NCBI GenBank assembly: GCA_030867685.1
Contig: JAQOWU010000008.1
Coordinates: forward strand, 3,286,001-3,350,000
Length of the DNA stretch: 64,000 nt
Source of the DNA: Wickerhamiella versatilis
Taxonomy: Eukaryota
Direction: 5' to 3'
Positions within the stretch are counted from its first letter, which is position 1; each line of letters begins with the position of its first letter. The position numbers were made by a program, and so were the translations under genes. The notes under the pieces are model-generated. The model was not told the DNA's origin. It worked only from the letters and a program-made list of their open reading frames with translations, and searched no databases. Positions 19,695 through 28,890 of this stretch are shown in pieces.

Positions 19695-20501
19695 ATGCCG
19701 CCTCTTTCCTTGAATGACCAGCTGAACTCTTTCAAGCAAAAGGTGCGTCATGCTCCAGTTCTAGGAAAGAGAACGGTTGAGCCATCTGATAAGGGGTCTG
19801 ATGCTAACTCGGGGGACTCGTGGGAGCCTCTCTCGAAGCGCAGTAGGGGTGCCGTGCACTCCCAACCGGCCTCAACAGGGATGGGACAGCACCGTAACAC
19901 TCAGGTTGTACATGCAGTAGAGTATCTGAAGAAGCTTGAAACACCTGTGTTGTTCCGTGACCTTGAGTCGTACTTGTCTGGACCAATTCAGCCGCTCATT
20001 CCTCTGCTTCAGAATAACCCGAACCTGCGGGTCGACCTTCGTAACCAGACGGTGACATACGTATCAAAGCTCGGAATATACTCTGGTGAGGAACTGCTTC
20101 GTTATCTGCGTAACCAAAAGACGTTTAGCGGTCTTTCGGTGAAGGACCTGAAAGACGGTTGGTCTGGGGCCGTTCCGACTGTTCTGAGGCTGGAAAATGA
20201 TCACAAGTTGCTGGTTCTACGAAACAAAAAAGACAATAGCCCCAGGTTTGTGTGGGCAAATACAGAACAAGGCCTTGGAAGCATAGACCCTCGATTCGTG
20301 TCGCTTTGGCAGTCAGCGAAGGTCCCCACAGCATCGGATCTGCCTAAGATGTTGGAAAAAGTGGGCCTTAAGCCTTCAAGTATTGATCCAAGTGAAATGA
20401 AACAAAAGCCAAAGCAGGAACCAGAGAAGAAGCAACGCCGCGCTCCCCGCTCTAAAATCACAAACGTTCACATGCGTGGCCTTCTCAAAGACTTTTCCTA
20501 G
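19695..20501 (+). CDS. TFA2: TFIIE beta subunit
   Basis: HAVEYLK, ELLRYLR..TFSGLSVKDLKDGW and KITNVHM.GLLKDFS motifs. Confidence 0.93.
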   Translation: MPPLSLNDQLNSFKQKVRHAPVLGKRTVEPSDKGSDANSGDSWEPLSKRSRGAVHSQPASTGMGQHRNTQVVHAVEYLKKLETPVLFRDLESYLSGPIQPLIPLLQNNPNLRVDLRNQTVTYVSKLGIYSGEELLRYLRNQKTFSGLSVKDLKDGWSGAVPTVLRLENDHKLLVLRNKKDNSPRFVWANTEQGLGSIDPRFVSLWQSAKVPTASDLPKMLEKVGLKPSSIDPSEMKQKPKQEPEKKQRRAPRSKITNVHMRGLLKDFS

Positions 20502-20549
20502 AAATTGTCATAATATTATTTATATAACAGCGCTAAATAATGCATAAAA

Positions 20550-21074
20550 TTATTTCTTCTCCTTCTTCTTCTTTTTTGAATGGTGGCCCTCGTCATGCTT
20601 GGACCGCTTTTTATGTGTGTGACCCTGCTTCCGGGGTGACCCTTCCTCTGTATCCTTTGACTTTTCTTCCCCATTAGATTCATTATTAGTACTAGGACCA
20701 TAACCAGAAGCCCAATGCCGGATCTTTAGTCCCGTCTTCGGTGGGACTGACTTGCGAGGTTGACATTCTGTCTGGTAATCAGGTTCCGGAAGATTAGGGG
20801 TCTGCGTCAAAGACATTAAGCCCTCGATTCGGACATTTTTAGCCGCCTTCAGCTCTGAATCTTTATCTCGAGGCAGCAACAACTGTGTAGGGCATAACGG
20901 CAATCCAGTTGGGCCCAGGGAGTACTTTTGGTTCTCGTATTCAATCTCATGATCTGACAGTATTTTTGCCTTGGATACGACGAAACTATCTGGAACCGGA
21001 ACTAGCCACACCTCTTTCCCTTCAATTTTAAGCGGCTTATCAAGTTCAGCCCGTTTATATCCTGAGGGAGCCAT
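20550..21074 (-). CDS. RPA34: RNA polymerase I subunit Rpa34
   Basis: PSGYK, GKEVWLVPVP and PRKSVP...GLKIRHWASGYG motifs; K-rich tail. Confidence 0.8.
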   Translation of the reverse strand: MAPSGYKRAELDKPLKIEGKEVWLVPVPDSFVVSKAKILSDHEIEYENQKYSLGPTGLPLCPTQLLLPRDKDSELKAAKNVRIEGLMSLTQTPNLPEPDYQTECQPRKSVPPKTGLKIRHWASGYGPSTNNESNGEEKSKDTEEGSPRKQGHTHKKRSKHDEGHHSKKKKKEKK

Positions 21075-21121
21075 ATAATTTTTGGTCTTTCTTATTACAT
21101 AATACAATTCCTATCATTTAT

Positions 21122-22072
21122 ATGCTTGGGCTTAGGCGACTGGCAGTAAAACCCTTGTTGCCGTTACGCCAGAGGACTCTCAAGTCTTCTTTCAGCTCTG
21201 TTTCTGATTTGCCAGATGCTGAGCGGAAAGAACGTGACGAGCATATCGAGCGCCTGTCGAAATACTACCCACCGCACTTACTCCAATCTATACTCGCTGC
21301 AGAGTCGGCCGTGACGCCCGAGATGTGGGCTAAACGTCGAGCTCCTCAGCATGAATTTGCACCCCTTTATGGTGACGACTATGCTGAATATGACCCGCTT
21401 TATGACTATGCTCAAGGCGAGTGGGTTGATAAAAACCAGCCCAGGCAGCCGATTCCTCAGCGTATCCCTGCTGGTGCGTCGCTGGTGAAGGATGTAAAAA
21501 GCTCAGGTGCCGCTGCTGCCATAAATTTGAGTGAGCTTGAGCAGCTCACCGGACTCAGGACAGAGTATTTACAGAAGTTGGTATGCAAACCGCTGATTCG
21601 AAAAAAGGTTGTGAACATGACACGACTCGGGAAAAAATACAGCTACTATGCTCTAGCAGTGGTAGGGGATGGTCAAGGCCATGTTGGAATTGGTGAGGGC
21701 CGTGACCTTATGCTGGCTCCTAAGGCCATCGCCCAGGCACATTGGCAAGCGGCCAAGAATTTGACTTATATTCCCCGATTTGAAGAGAGAACCATCTATG
21801 GTAATATAGACATTAAGATGGGTGCTGTTCACCTGCAACTCAGAGCGGCCCGGGCCGGATCAGGTCTGCGAGTCAACCACATTATATATGAAATTTGCAA
21901 AGTGGCTGGCATCAGGGACCTGGTGGGTAATGTTTTTGGATCTAGAAACCAAATGAACGTAGCGAAAGCTGCGGTTGAGGCACTCTCTTCAAAACAAGTT
22001 CTAATCGACGAAATCGCCGCGAATAGAGGTAAGCGCATGGTTGATGTTACGTCTACCTATCTCAACTTTTAA
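21122..22072 (+). CDS. MRPS5: Mitochondrial ribosomal protein uS5m
   Basis: VNMTRLGK...ALAVVGDGQG.VG.GEG and IPRFEERTIYG motifs; N-terminal presequence. Confidence 0.93.
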   Translation: MLGLRRLAVKPLLPLRQRTLKSSFSSVSDLPDAERKERDEHIERLSKYYPPHLLQSILAAESAVTPEMWAKRRAPQHEFAPLYGDDYAEYDPLYDYAQGEWVDKNQPRQPIPQRIPAGASLVKDVKSSGAAAAINLSELEQLTGLRTEYLQKLVCKPLIRKKVVNMTRLGKKYSYYALAVVGDGQGHVGIGEGRDLMLAPKAIAQAHWQAAKNLTYIPRFEERTIYGNIDIKMGAVHLQLRAARAGSGLRVNHIIYEICKVAGIRDLVGNVFGSRNQMNVAKAAVEALSSKQVLIDEIAANRGKRMVDVTSTYLNF

Positions 22073-22211
22073 TGTACATAAATATACATACATTCATATG
22101 AAATTATTCCTGCCTGCGAAAATCTCCTCCTCATCCTTTCCGCGGTGGTTAGTTGCAGCTGTGGCAAATAAGAGATGATACTATATAGTCTATATACGAA
22201 TAATAAATGCT

Positions 22212-22472
22212 CTAATTGTTATTTTGACTTGATTCTACTACAAGATCAGGAACCGTGTACATCTGACTTATAGTAGACTGGCGATGCAACATGGCTAACG
22301 TCTCTCTACCCTTTGAGAGAGCGTCTTGAATTTCGGAGGGGTCTGCGAGACTACGGTTAGCCTCGAACCCATCACGGACCCTCCTTATAGCATAATATCT
22401 GAAGTTGTAGCCTCCAAATTTGATCGCTTGTCTCAGCATCGCGCGATACAACCCGATTGCATTCGTCGCCAT
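22212..22472 (-). CDS. ISD11: LYR protein Isd11 (Nfs1 partner)
   Basis: LYR...F..YNFRYYAIRRVRDGF...RQSTISQMY...LVVE. Confidence 0.93.
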   Translation of the reverse strand: MATNAIGLYRAMLRQAIKFGGYNFRYYAIRRVRDGFEANRSLADPSEIQDALSKGRETLAMLHRQSTISQMYTVPDLVVESSQNNN

Positions 22473-22531
22473 TCGGAGAAAATGCTTATGTAATAGAAGT
22501 TATGCTTCACTGCTAGCGTCTATGTATTTCA

Positions 22532-23539
22532 TCATTTAGAATTAGGGGCAATGTAGGATAACGCCTTTTCAACCTCACCAGTTGAACCAAGCCAGATGCC
22601 AACCCTTTCATGGATATACTCTGGCTTCAGATCTAAAATGCGGACACCCGCATCATTCACAGCAAGTCCTCCCGCCTTTTCAACAATCATAGCCATCGGG
22701 AATGCCTCGTACAACATACGCAATTTGCCCTTCTTAGATTTCTCATCCGAAGGATAGGCGAAAATACCACCATACAGCAGGGTGCGATGCATGTCTGCAA
22801 CCATCGATCCAATGTAACGGGCACTGTAGGGCTTCCCCTGAGCAGGGAACTTCAGATCCTCGAAATATTTGCGTGCTTCGGGGGACCAGAACTTCGAATT
22901 ACCCTCGTTTACCGAATATATCGGGTGATACTTAGGAAGCTTGATCTCAGGGTGCGTAAGAATAAACTCACCGAGATTATCGTCAAGTGTAAAGCCATTC
23001 ACGGAGGATCCCGTGGTCAGAACAAGGTTCGACGATGCACCGTACATGGTATATCCAGCCGCTACTAGCTCACTACCCGGGCGCAAGACGTCTGCCATCG
23101 AGCTAGTCGAATTTTCCTGAACACGGTATATTCCGAAGATGGTACCCACCGATACGCCTGCATCCAGATTGGATGATCCATCAATAGGGTCGCAAACAAC
23201 AGCATATCTGCCACTGCTATTAAGGCAGATGAGTTCCTCCTGCTCCTCGCTTACCAGGCACTTGACCAGCTGGGAGGAAGCCATGGTGTTCACAAAAATC
23301 TCGTCGCCAATTACATCGAGCTTCTTCTGGTCATCACCAGTAGAGTTGGACGTACCACTCAAACCAAGGAGATTAACTAGCGTAGAACGCCTGATATTGA
23401 AAGCAATTTGCTTGAATGCGAATTGAAGGGAGTTCAAAAGCAATGTGAAGTCACCTGTTGCATCCTTTACATGTAGCTGAGATTGAAGGATATAGCGCGT
23501 AAGCGTCACGATATCAGTCTGGACGTTCGAATTGGACAT
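22532..23539 (-). CDS. FBP1: Fructose-1,6-bisphosphatase
   Basis: GDDQKKLDV, DPIDGSSN, RYIGSMVADMHRTLLYGG and GKLRMLYE motifs. Confidence 0.98.
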   Translation of the reverse strand: MSNSNVQTDIVTLTRYILQSQLHVKDATGDFTLLLNSLQFAFKQIAFNIRRSTLVNLLGLSGTSNSTGDDQKKLDVIGDEIFVNTMASSQLVKCLVSEEQEELICLNSSGRYAVVCDPIDGSSNLDAGVSVGTIFGIYRVQENSTSSMADVLRPGSELVAAGYTMYGASSNLVLTTGSSVNGFTLDDNLGEFILTHPEIKLPKYHPIYSVNEGNSKFWSPEARKYFEDLKFPAQGKPYSARYIGSMVADMHRTLLYGGIFAYPSDEKSKKGKLRMLYEAFPMAMIVEKAGGLAVNDAGVRILDLKPEYIHERVGIWLGSTGEVEKALSYIAPNSK

Positions 23540-23573
23540 AGAGTCTAATGCAGATGGAAGTCGACTAGATTTG

Positions 23574-23661
23574 GTGGGGTAACTGGGGAAGAACGGGGGT
23601 GTTCCAATGGATGTGATTACTAATTAACGTTACGCCCGCAATTCGGGCTGTGCGGGCGGGG
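23574..23661. promoter_or_regulatory. Three Mig1/CreA-type SYGGRG boxes and an 8-bp GC inverted repeat in the FBP1 promoter
   Basis: GTGGGG at 23574, CTGGGG at 23583, GCGGGG at 23656; CGCCCGCA 23633-40 pairs with TGCGGGCG 23651-58. Confidence 0.45.
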
Positions 23662-23769
23662 CCCGGCGAATGCAAATCTTGGCTAAGCAGCTAATTTTGA
23701 CAAGGTATATCTAGAACTAAAACATAGAACAGTGCAAGGAAATTTGAAAAAAAAGAGAAAATTAGAGTG

Positions 23770-24858
23770 TTACATGATAATTTCAGGCTTCTCTACGTTT
23801 GCAGAGATAGATTTATGGGGCAACACGCGTCCTCCATTTACGTAGACCTCATCCTTAACCTCGACGTCATCACCAAGGACAGTTACATTTTCAATACGCG
23901 CCCAACGTCCTACTGTGGATCCCCAACCAACAATTGACTGCCTCACATGGGCATGGGGTTTCACATTAGCGTCGGCAAGGACCACAGAGCGGGACAAACG
24001 GGCACCATCACCGATAACCGCGTTAGGGCCAACAGTGACAGCGGGACCCAACTTTGCAGTGGGGGATACCTTTGCCGTCGGGTGTACCAATACGTGTCCG
24101 GTGTGCACGAATTCTTCGCCCTGGGCTAGTGCCTTCGGGTTCTTGCTTGCAAGGGCGTTAAGATAAAGACCGGTACCAGCAAGGAAATCCTTTGGCTGAC
24201 CCACGTCCATCCAGTAACCCTCAAGATCAAACGAATGGAGGGATCCGTTACTCGCGAGCTGGGGGAAGGTCTCCTTTTCGATGGACGTTGGGCGAAGCTC
24301 GATAAGGTCGATAACAGAGGGGTTCAAAATATAGATACCAGCGTTAATCCTGTTACCAACGAAAACTACAGGCTTCTCAACAAATCGCTCGATTTGTGTA
24401 GAGTTGGGCCTGTGGACAATTACACCGTATTTTGTCGGATCCTCAACCTTGGTAGCGACAATGGTACCTTGACCACCGTGAGCCTTGTGGAACTTAATCA
24501 TCTCCTTAAACGGGTAGTTGCAGACAACATCAGAATTAAGAACAAAGAAAGGACTATCGTCTTTCCTCAAAACTTCCTCGGCGAGTTTCAGCGGACCTGC
24601 AGTTCCTAGAGGCTCCGTCTCCACTGAGAAGCTAATAGATACACCATACTCCTTCTCATACTTCTTCAGTTCCTCGACCATAACCTCTGGTCGGTAGTTC
24701 ACTGCCAGAACGATATCGGTCACCCCGGCTTCGGCGAGGGCCTCCACCTGATGCAAGATCATGGGCCGGTTTGCAAACTCCACAAGAGGCTTCGGCTTGG
24801 TAAGAGTCAAAGGGCGCAAACGGGTACCATAGCCACCTACGAGAATCAAACCTTTCAT
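23770..24858 (-). CDS. PSA1: Mannose-1-phosphate guanylyltransferase
   Basis: [19 protein letters not shown] and [11 protein letters not shown] motifs; C-terminal left-handed beta-helix. Confidence 0.98.
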   Translation of the reverse strand: MKGLILVGGYGTRLRPLTLTKPKPLVEFANRPMILHQVEALAEAGVTDIVLAVNYRPEVMVEELKKYEKEYGVSISFSVETEPLGTAGPLKLAEEVLRKDDSPFFVLNSDVVCNYPFKEMIKFHKAHGGQGTIVATKVEDPTKYGVIVHRPNSTQIERFVEKPVVFVGNRINAGIYILNPSVIDLIELRPTSIEKETFPQLASNGSLHSFDLEGYWMDVGQPKDFLAGTGLYLNALASKNPKALAQGEEFVHTGHVLVHPTAKVSPTAKLGPAVTVGPNAVIGDGARLSRSVVLADANVKPHAHVRQSIVGWGSTVGRWARIENVTVLGDDVEVKDEVYVNGGRVLPHKSISANVEKPEIIM

Positions 24859-25571
24859 TTGGGTATTTTGTTCAAAGAACTTTGTGAGCTCAAACTGTGA
24901 GTTTTTCTAACGCGACGTGAAACTAAGCTAGCGTGTTCTCCTTGGGAGGGCCCGTGTCAAACCTAACCACTACAAGCTGAGCTGGCACTTTTTGGATCAG
25001 CCGCCAGCCACCACCTTCCATGTTCGGCAATTATTACAAAAACTTTGATGCCTGGAGTACGAAGCCAGAGACATGATTCACCGAGGACTCAAGACATACA
25101 TGGGCTTTACTTGTAACATTTGAGAATAAAAAAAGAGCCACCCTAACCCGTAAACTTGTCTAAGCACTACCTGACCTTAACCTGCACGTCATAATTGATT
25201 TTCTTATAATACGTTATTTTTCAGCGCGTTTCTGGGGCGGTTATGCATATGTTTAAGTTACCAAAATAGTACAAGAACCGGTAGATTTTTTCTCGTTAAA
25301 ATAGCAAGTGAGTTTTAATGCACCCTGAGGGTACCTATACGAATTCTGACCGCGTGGGCGCAGGTCAGCCTCATTATGTCATAACTATTTATATTTGATG
25401 GGAATCAATCCCATGCAAGTGAATATTACATTCATCGATCATGTATTGAACATTCTGCCACCTTCAATCATTGTGATGTTAAAGAATTATTCAACTTTAC
25501 CAGAGGGCTTTACGTGAATGCCCAATGGCCATACATAGCTCCCGCCTGACTAAATGGAGCTATGAGCACGG

Positions 25572-27215
25572 ATGTCATTTGATCATTGGAGTCCAGAGTG
25601 GGAGAAAGGATCGGGTGTGTCTCCAGATGCCTATGGCGATGTCTGTCGTAGACGCTCGACTCCATTAAACCGTCGTAATTCGAATATATGGCTAGCGTCA
25701 GCTATAATGGATAGTGGTCTTACCACTGGCATGAATTTCAGAAACAATTCACGCATTGGTCTGGATACGTTACCGGGTGAGATAATTGCGATTATTCTCC
25801 AGAACGTTGCAGATGATGGAGAACCATATTCCCTCTACCAATTACTCACCACATGTGGTCGAATTTATGATGTGGGAATTGCGGCACTATATAGACATGT
25901 GCTATTTCACTATCCCCAAACATTTGATAAATTTCGCTGGTCCATTGAGGCAACACGGTTTGGCCAGCATGTAAGGGTGCTGGATTTCAGTGCATTTACA
26001 AGTGTAGGGCTGGGTAGATCGGCTCGAGACAATGCAACAGTGGAGATGGTTACCTCGCAAACAATTGCCCGTTGCCTTGACCAGTGTCCCAATGTATGTG
26101 AATTTTTGGCCAGTGAGAGCATCGATACTGATTTGAGTAGCGGTGTTATTGATCAGATCCTGGCCCTCCCTCTTTTACGGACCTTAGATTTTTGTGGGGC
26201 TAGTGATAATGTATTCATATCGGGAGTGAAGAACTCCCGGATATTGCATGGCCCAGGTTTCCTGGAAAATTTGTCCAGGCTTTCTTTGCATTGCTGTTCA
26301 ACCCTCGCGCCAGAGGCCCTACACAGCATTCTGAGCAAGTTAAGCTCCGTAACGATGCTTGATTTGACACATACACAGATTAGGGGGGCTGAGCTTGATT
26401 CGATGCCAGATTCTGAGACGCAATTAACTCATTTATCTCTGGCCCGTTGTTCAAAGGCTACTGGATCGGACATTGTTAGATTCATTCGAAGAAAGGGAAG
26501 AAACCTCCAATGGTTAAGACTATCGTATGAGATATCTCGTCCTTGTCCTCTGACAAAAGATCAGGTTTCGCAAGTACTACGAGCGTTGCCTGAAACCATA
26601 TCCCATCTAGATCTATACGGGCTTCGCGTTGATAAAAACCAATTATTGGATAATGTTTCGACGCAAAACTTGCTGAGTCTAAGTTTGGGGTATGCTGAAA
26701 TGTCTTTGGACGACGTCATTGAGGTTCTAAATAGATGTCCACGCCTGGAATACGTGAACTTACTGGGAGTAACGTCCATTTCCAGGGCAGTTGTGCAAGA
26801 TACCTCCTTGTTAAACGCCAATCCAGGTATAGATATGTTCGAATTCTCGACCAATGTACTAAAATCATTAACCGGTGTTTCTATACCGGGATTTTTAGTG
26901 GACGTTGGTAGAGGTCGCCGTGCATGGTTACATCGTGTAGATTCTGGACCGAGAAAATCGATCCCAGGCGACCCATTATTTATTGATAAACCTCAGAAGC
27001 CTTTTTCTTTTGCTAGATTGGCACAGGAGCGTATGGAAGCCAATTATAACCCGCCCGCTATCCAGAAGCCGCTTCCGCCGCCTGGTAATTCCCCTATTTG
27101 GCGTCATGCATCACACAAATTGAATATATCCGAGATTGATGTTGGCGGCGCAACAAGCCCTACCTTAGCCGCGGGCATAGGAATATACAATTATTATTCT
27201 TTTAATGTCCTCTAA
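25572..27215 (+). CDS. F-box/LRR protein (YLR352W-like)
   Basis: F-box LDTLPGEII..IL, LDFSAFTSVGLGR and LDFCG motifs; leucine-rich repeats. Start uncertain. Confidence 0.8.
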   Translation: MSFDHWSPEWEKGSGVSPDAYGDVCRRRSTPLNRRNSNIWLASAIMDSGLTTGMNFRNNSRIGLDTLPGEIIAIILQNVADDGEPYSLYQLLTTCGRIYDVGIAALYRHVLFHYPQTFDKFRWSIEATRFGQHVRVLDFSAFTSVGLGRSARDNATVEMVTSQTIARCLDQCPNVCEFLASESIDTDLSSGVIDQILALPLLRTLDFCGASDNVFISGVKNSRILHGPGFLENLSRLSLHCCSTLAPEALHSILSKLSSVTMLDLTHTQIRGAELDSMPDSETQLTHLSLARCSKATGSDIVRFIRRKGRNLQWLRLSYEISRPCPLTKDQVSQVLRALPETISHLDLYGLRVDKNQLLDNVSTQNLLSLSLGYAEMSLDDVIEVLNRCPRLEYVNLLGVTSISRAVVQDTSLLNANPGIDMFEFSTNVLKSLTGVSIPGFLVDVGRGRRAWLHRVDSGPRKSIPGDPLFIDKPQKPFSFARLAQERMEANYNPPAIQKPLPPPGNSPIWRHASHKLNISEIDVGGATSPTLAAGIGIYNYYSFNVL

Positions 27216-27322
27216 TTGCGATATTTTGTTTATGCAGGCTCGGAATATTTTAACGTTATACATGATCTTAATTAATATTGGCTTACGTACTTATCATACA
27301 TAACATAGATTTTGTCTTCACT

Positions 27323-28261
27323 ATGGATAAGGCAATTCTAGAGGCAGCGGTGGAGGCTGTGCTTCCCAATACCCAGGTCCCGGGTCGTCTTTTAACGCGG
27401 GCTTCTCGATTGATATTAAGAAGTAAAACTGCGCTCCATTTGAAGCCCTCTGAGGAGCCTGCTCGAGCTCATTTATGTGTGGTAATAGCCTGTGAAATCC
27501 TTCAGGAGAAGTTTGATCTGCCAGATCCATCATTGGTGAAACTTCCCATACAGCCGAACATTTATACTAAACTACTGGACAGGTTTCGCAATGAGCTTAA
27601 CCCAGAGCACCTGGGGTTGGAATCCCCACGGGTGACGCCTATACGTACCCCGGGCAGGGGTGAATCCATCTCCAGTCCAGCTCCAGTGACGCCCACCCGT
27701 TTATTTAGTGAGTCGGGCTCTCCCCCACGATCACAGTCGCCAACGCCGAATCGCAAGCGCCAGTTGCAGCCTACGGAGCAATTACAGGCTACCAAGGAAT
27801 CTCCGACTAAACGTCGGAACCAAAGCCCTACAAAGCTTACTCGTAAAGGTCCCACCGCAGTCTCCAAGCTGAACGAGGTTCTTGGTACTAAGGATACCAC
27901 TCGGGAAGCAGTACAATTTGCATTTGAGAAATACTCGCCTTTGGTAACGGACAGCTGGGGCCTCATCCTAGGGCTTACCTACGTTCTAGTAGAACGAGCA
28001 GAGCCTGAACTCTCTGACTCTCTTATGGCCGATATGGTGTCTGCAGCTATACAGACACAGCCAAGGCTTCAGCCTGAGGAGGAGCAAGAAAGACTGGAAG
28101 AATGGATCCACTGGTCTCGACAGATTTTAACATCTCAGACTTGGCTGGCCAAGATTAGTAGCGTGCCAGAGCCCCAGCCAATAGTCAGAGGTTCAGCAGG
28201 TGGATGGGGCATCCAGCTTGAGCCGGATAATTGGTGGTTGGGCGATCCTATGGAGGCATAG
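27323..28261 (+). CDS. ORC6: Origin recognition complex subunit 6
   Basis: LKPSEEPARAHLC..IACE...PIQPNIY.KLL..F N-domain, then a central linker rich in SP/TP CDK sites. Confidence 0.85.
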   Translation: MDKAILEAAVEAVLPNTQVPGRLLTRASRLILRSKTALHLKPSEEPARAHLCVVIACEILQEKFDLPDPSLVKLPIQPNIYTKLLDRFRNELNPEHLGLESPRVTPIRTPGRGESISSPAPVTPTRLFSESGSPPRSQSPTPNRKRQLQPTEQLQATKESPTKRRNQSPTKLTRKGPTAVSKLNEVLGTKDTTREAVQFAFEKYSPLVTDSWGLILGLTYVLVERAEPELSDSLMADMVSAAIQTQPRLQPEEEQERLEEWIHWSRQILTSQTWLAKISSVPEPQPIVRGSAGGWGIQLEPDNWWLGDPMEA

Positions 28262-28379
28262 CGCAGGCGCTCTCCTCATTGCTACATTAAAAAAAATATT
28301 TGCGTACATAAAATGCTTTAGAATAAAGGCAAGTATAATAAATAATGACATATCCTTCGTCGGTTTGGAAACATTTAAA

Positions 28380-28814
28380 TTATCTCCCACATCGGGTTTC
28401 AAGGTGCACTCGATCACATTGGAGTGAACAGTATTCGGTACCACACCGAATACAAGACCCCTGTGAGTTATAGCCACATATGGCACATCGTTTTCTCGAA
28501 GGATAGGGTGACGGAGCAGCGGCTGCCGAGAGATACTTCTGATATGCCGCAGGGTTATCATCAAGATGATTTGTTAGTGACTTTTTCGACGCAAGAACCC
28601 TTCGCGAATTGACTGACTTGCCTGCTTTTGCACCACCTTTAAGAAAAACTGGAGGGATCTCGATTTTTACGTTATCCCGATGGTTCTCTGTCACTAACTC
28701 ATGAACCCTTCGTCTTCGAGCTTTAGCAGCCTGTGTGGCATTAGCCTCAGCACTACGCCCATAACCCACCACAGGAAGTCCGGTATGTATCTCCTCACGA
28801 GTCTCTATCTTCAT
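28380..28814 (-). CDS. VPS71: SWR1 complex HIT zinc-finger subunit Vps71/Swc6
   Basis: RVLASKKSL..HLDD and CAICGY...CIRCG..YCSLQC..VH.ETRC motifs. Confidence 0.88.
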   Translation of the reverse strand: MKIETREEIHTGLPVVGYGRSAEANATQAAKARRRRVHELVTENHRDNVKIEIPPVFLKGGAKAGKSVNSRRVLASKKSLTNHLDDNPAAYQKYLSAAAAPSPYPSRKRCAICGYNSQGSCIRCGTEYCSLQCDRVHLETRCGR

Positions 28815-28890
28815 CTCTGTGGCGGTAGGGTGACTAAGGTGAAATTCTCAAGATAAACGTCTTTTCACGATTTGGCGGAAATTAATTTCT

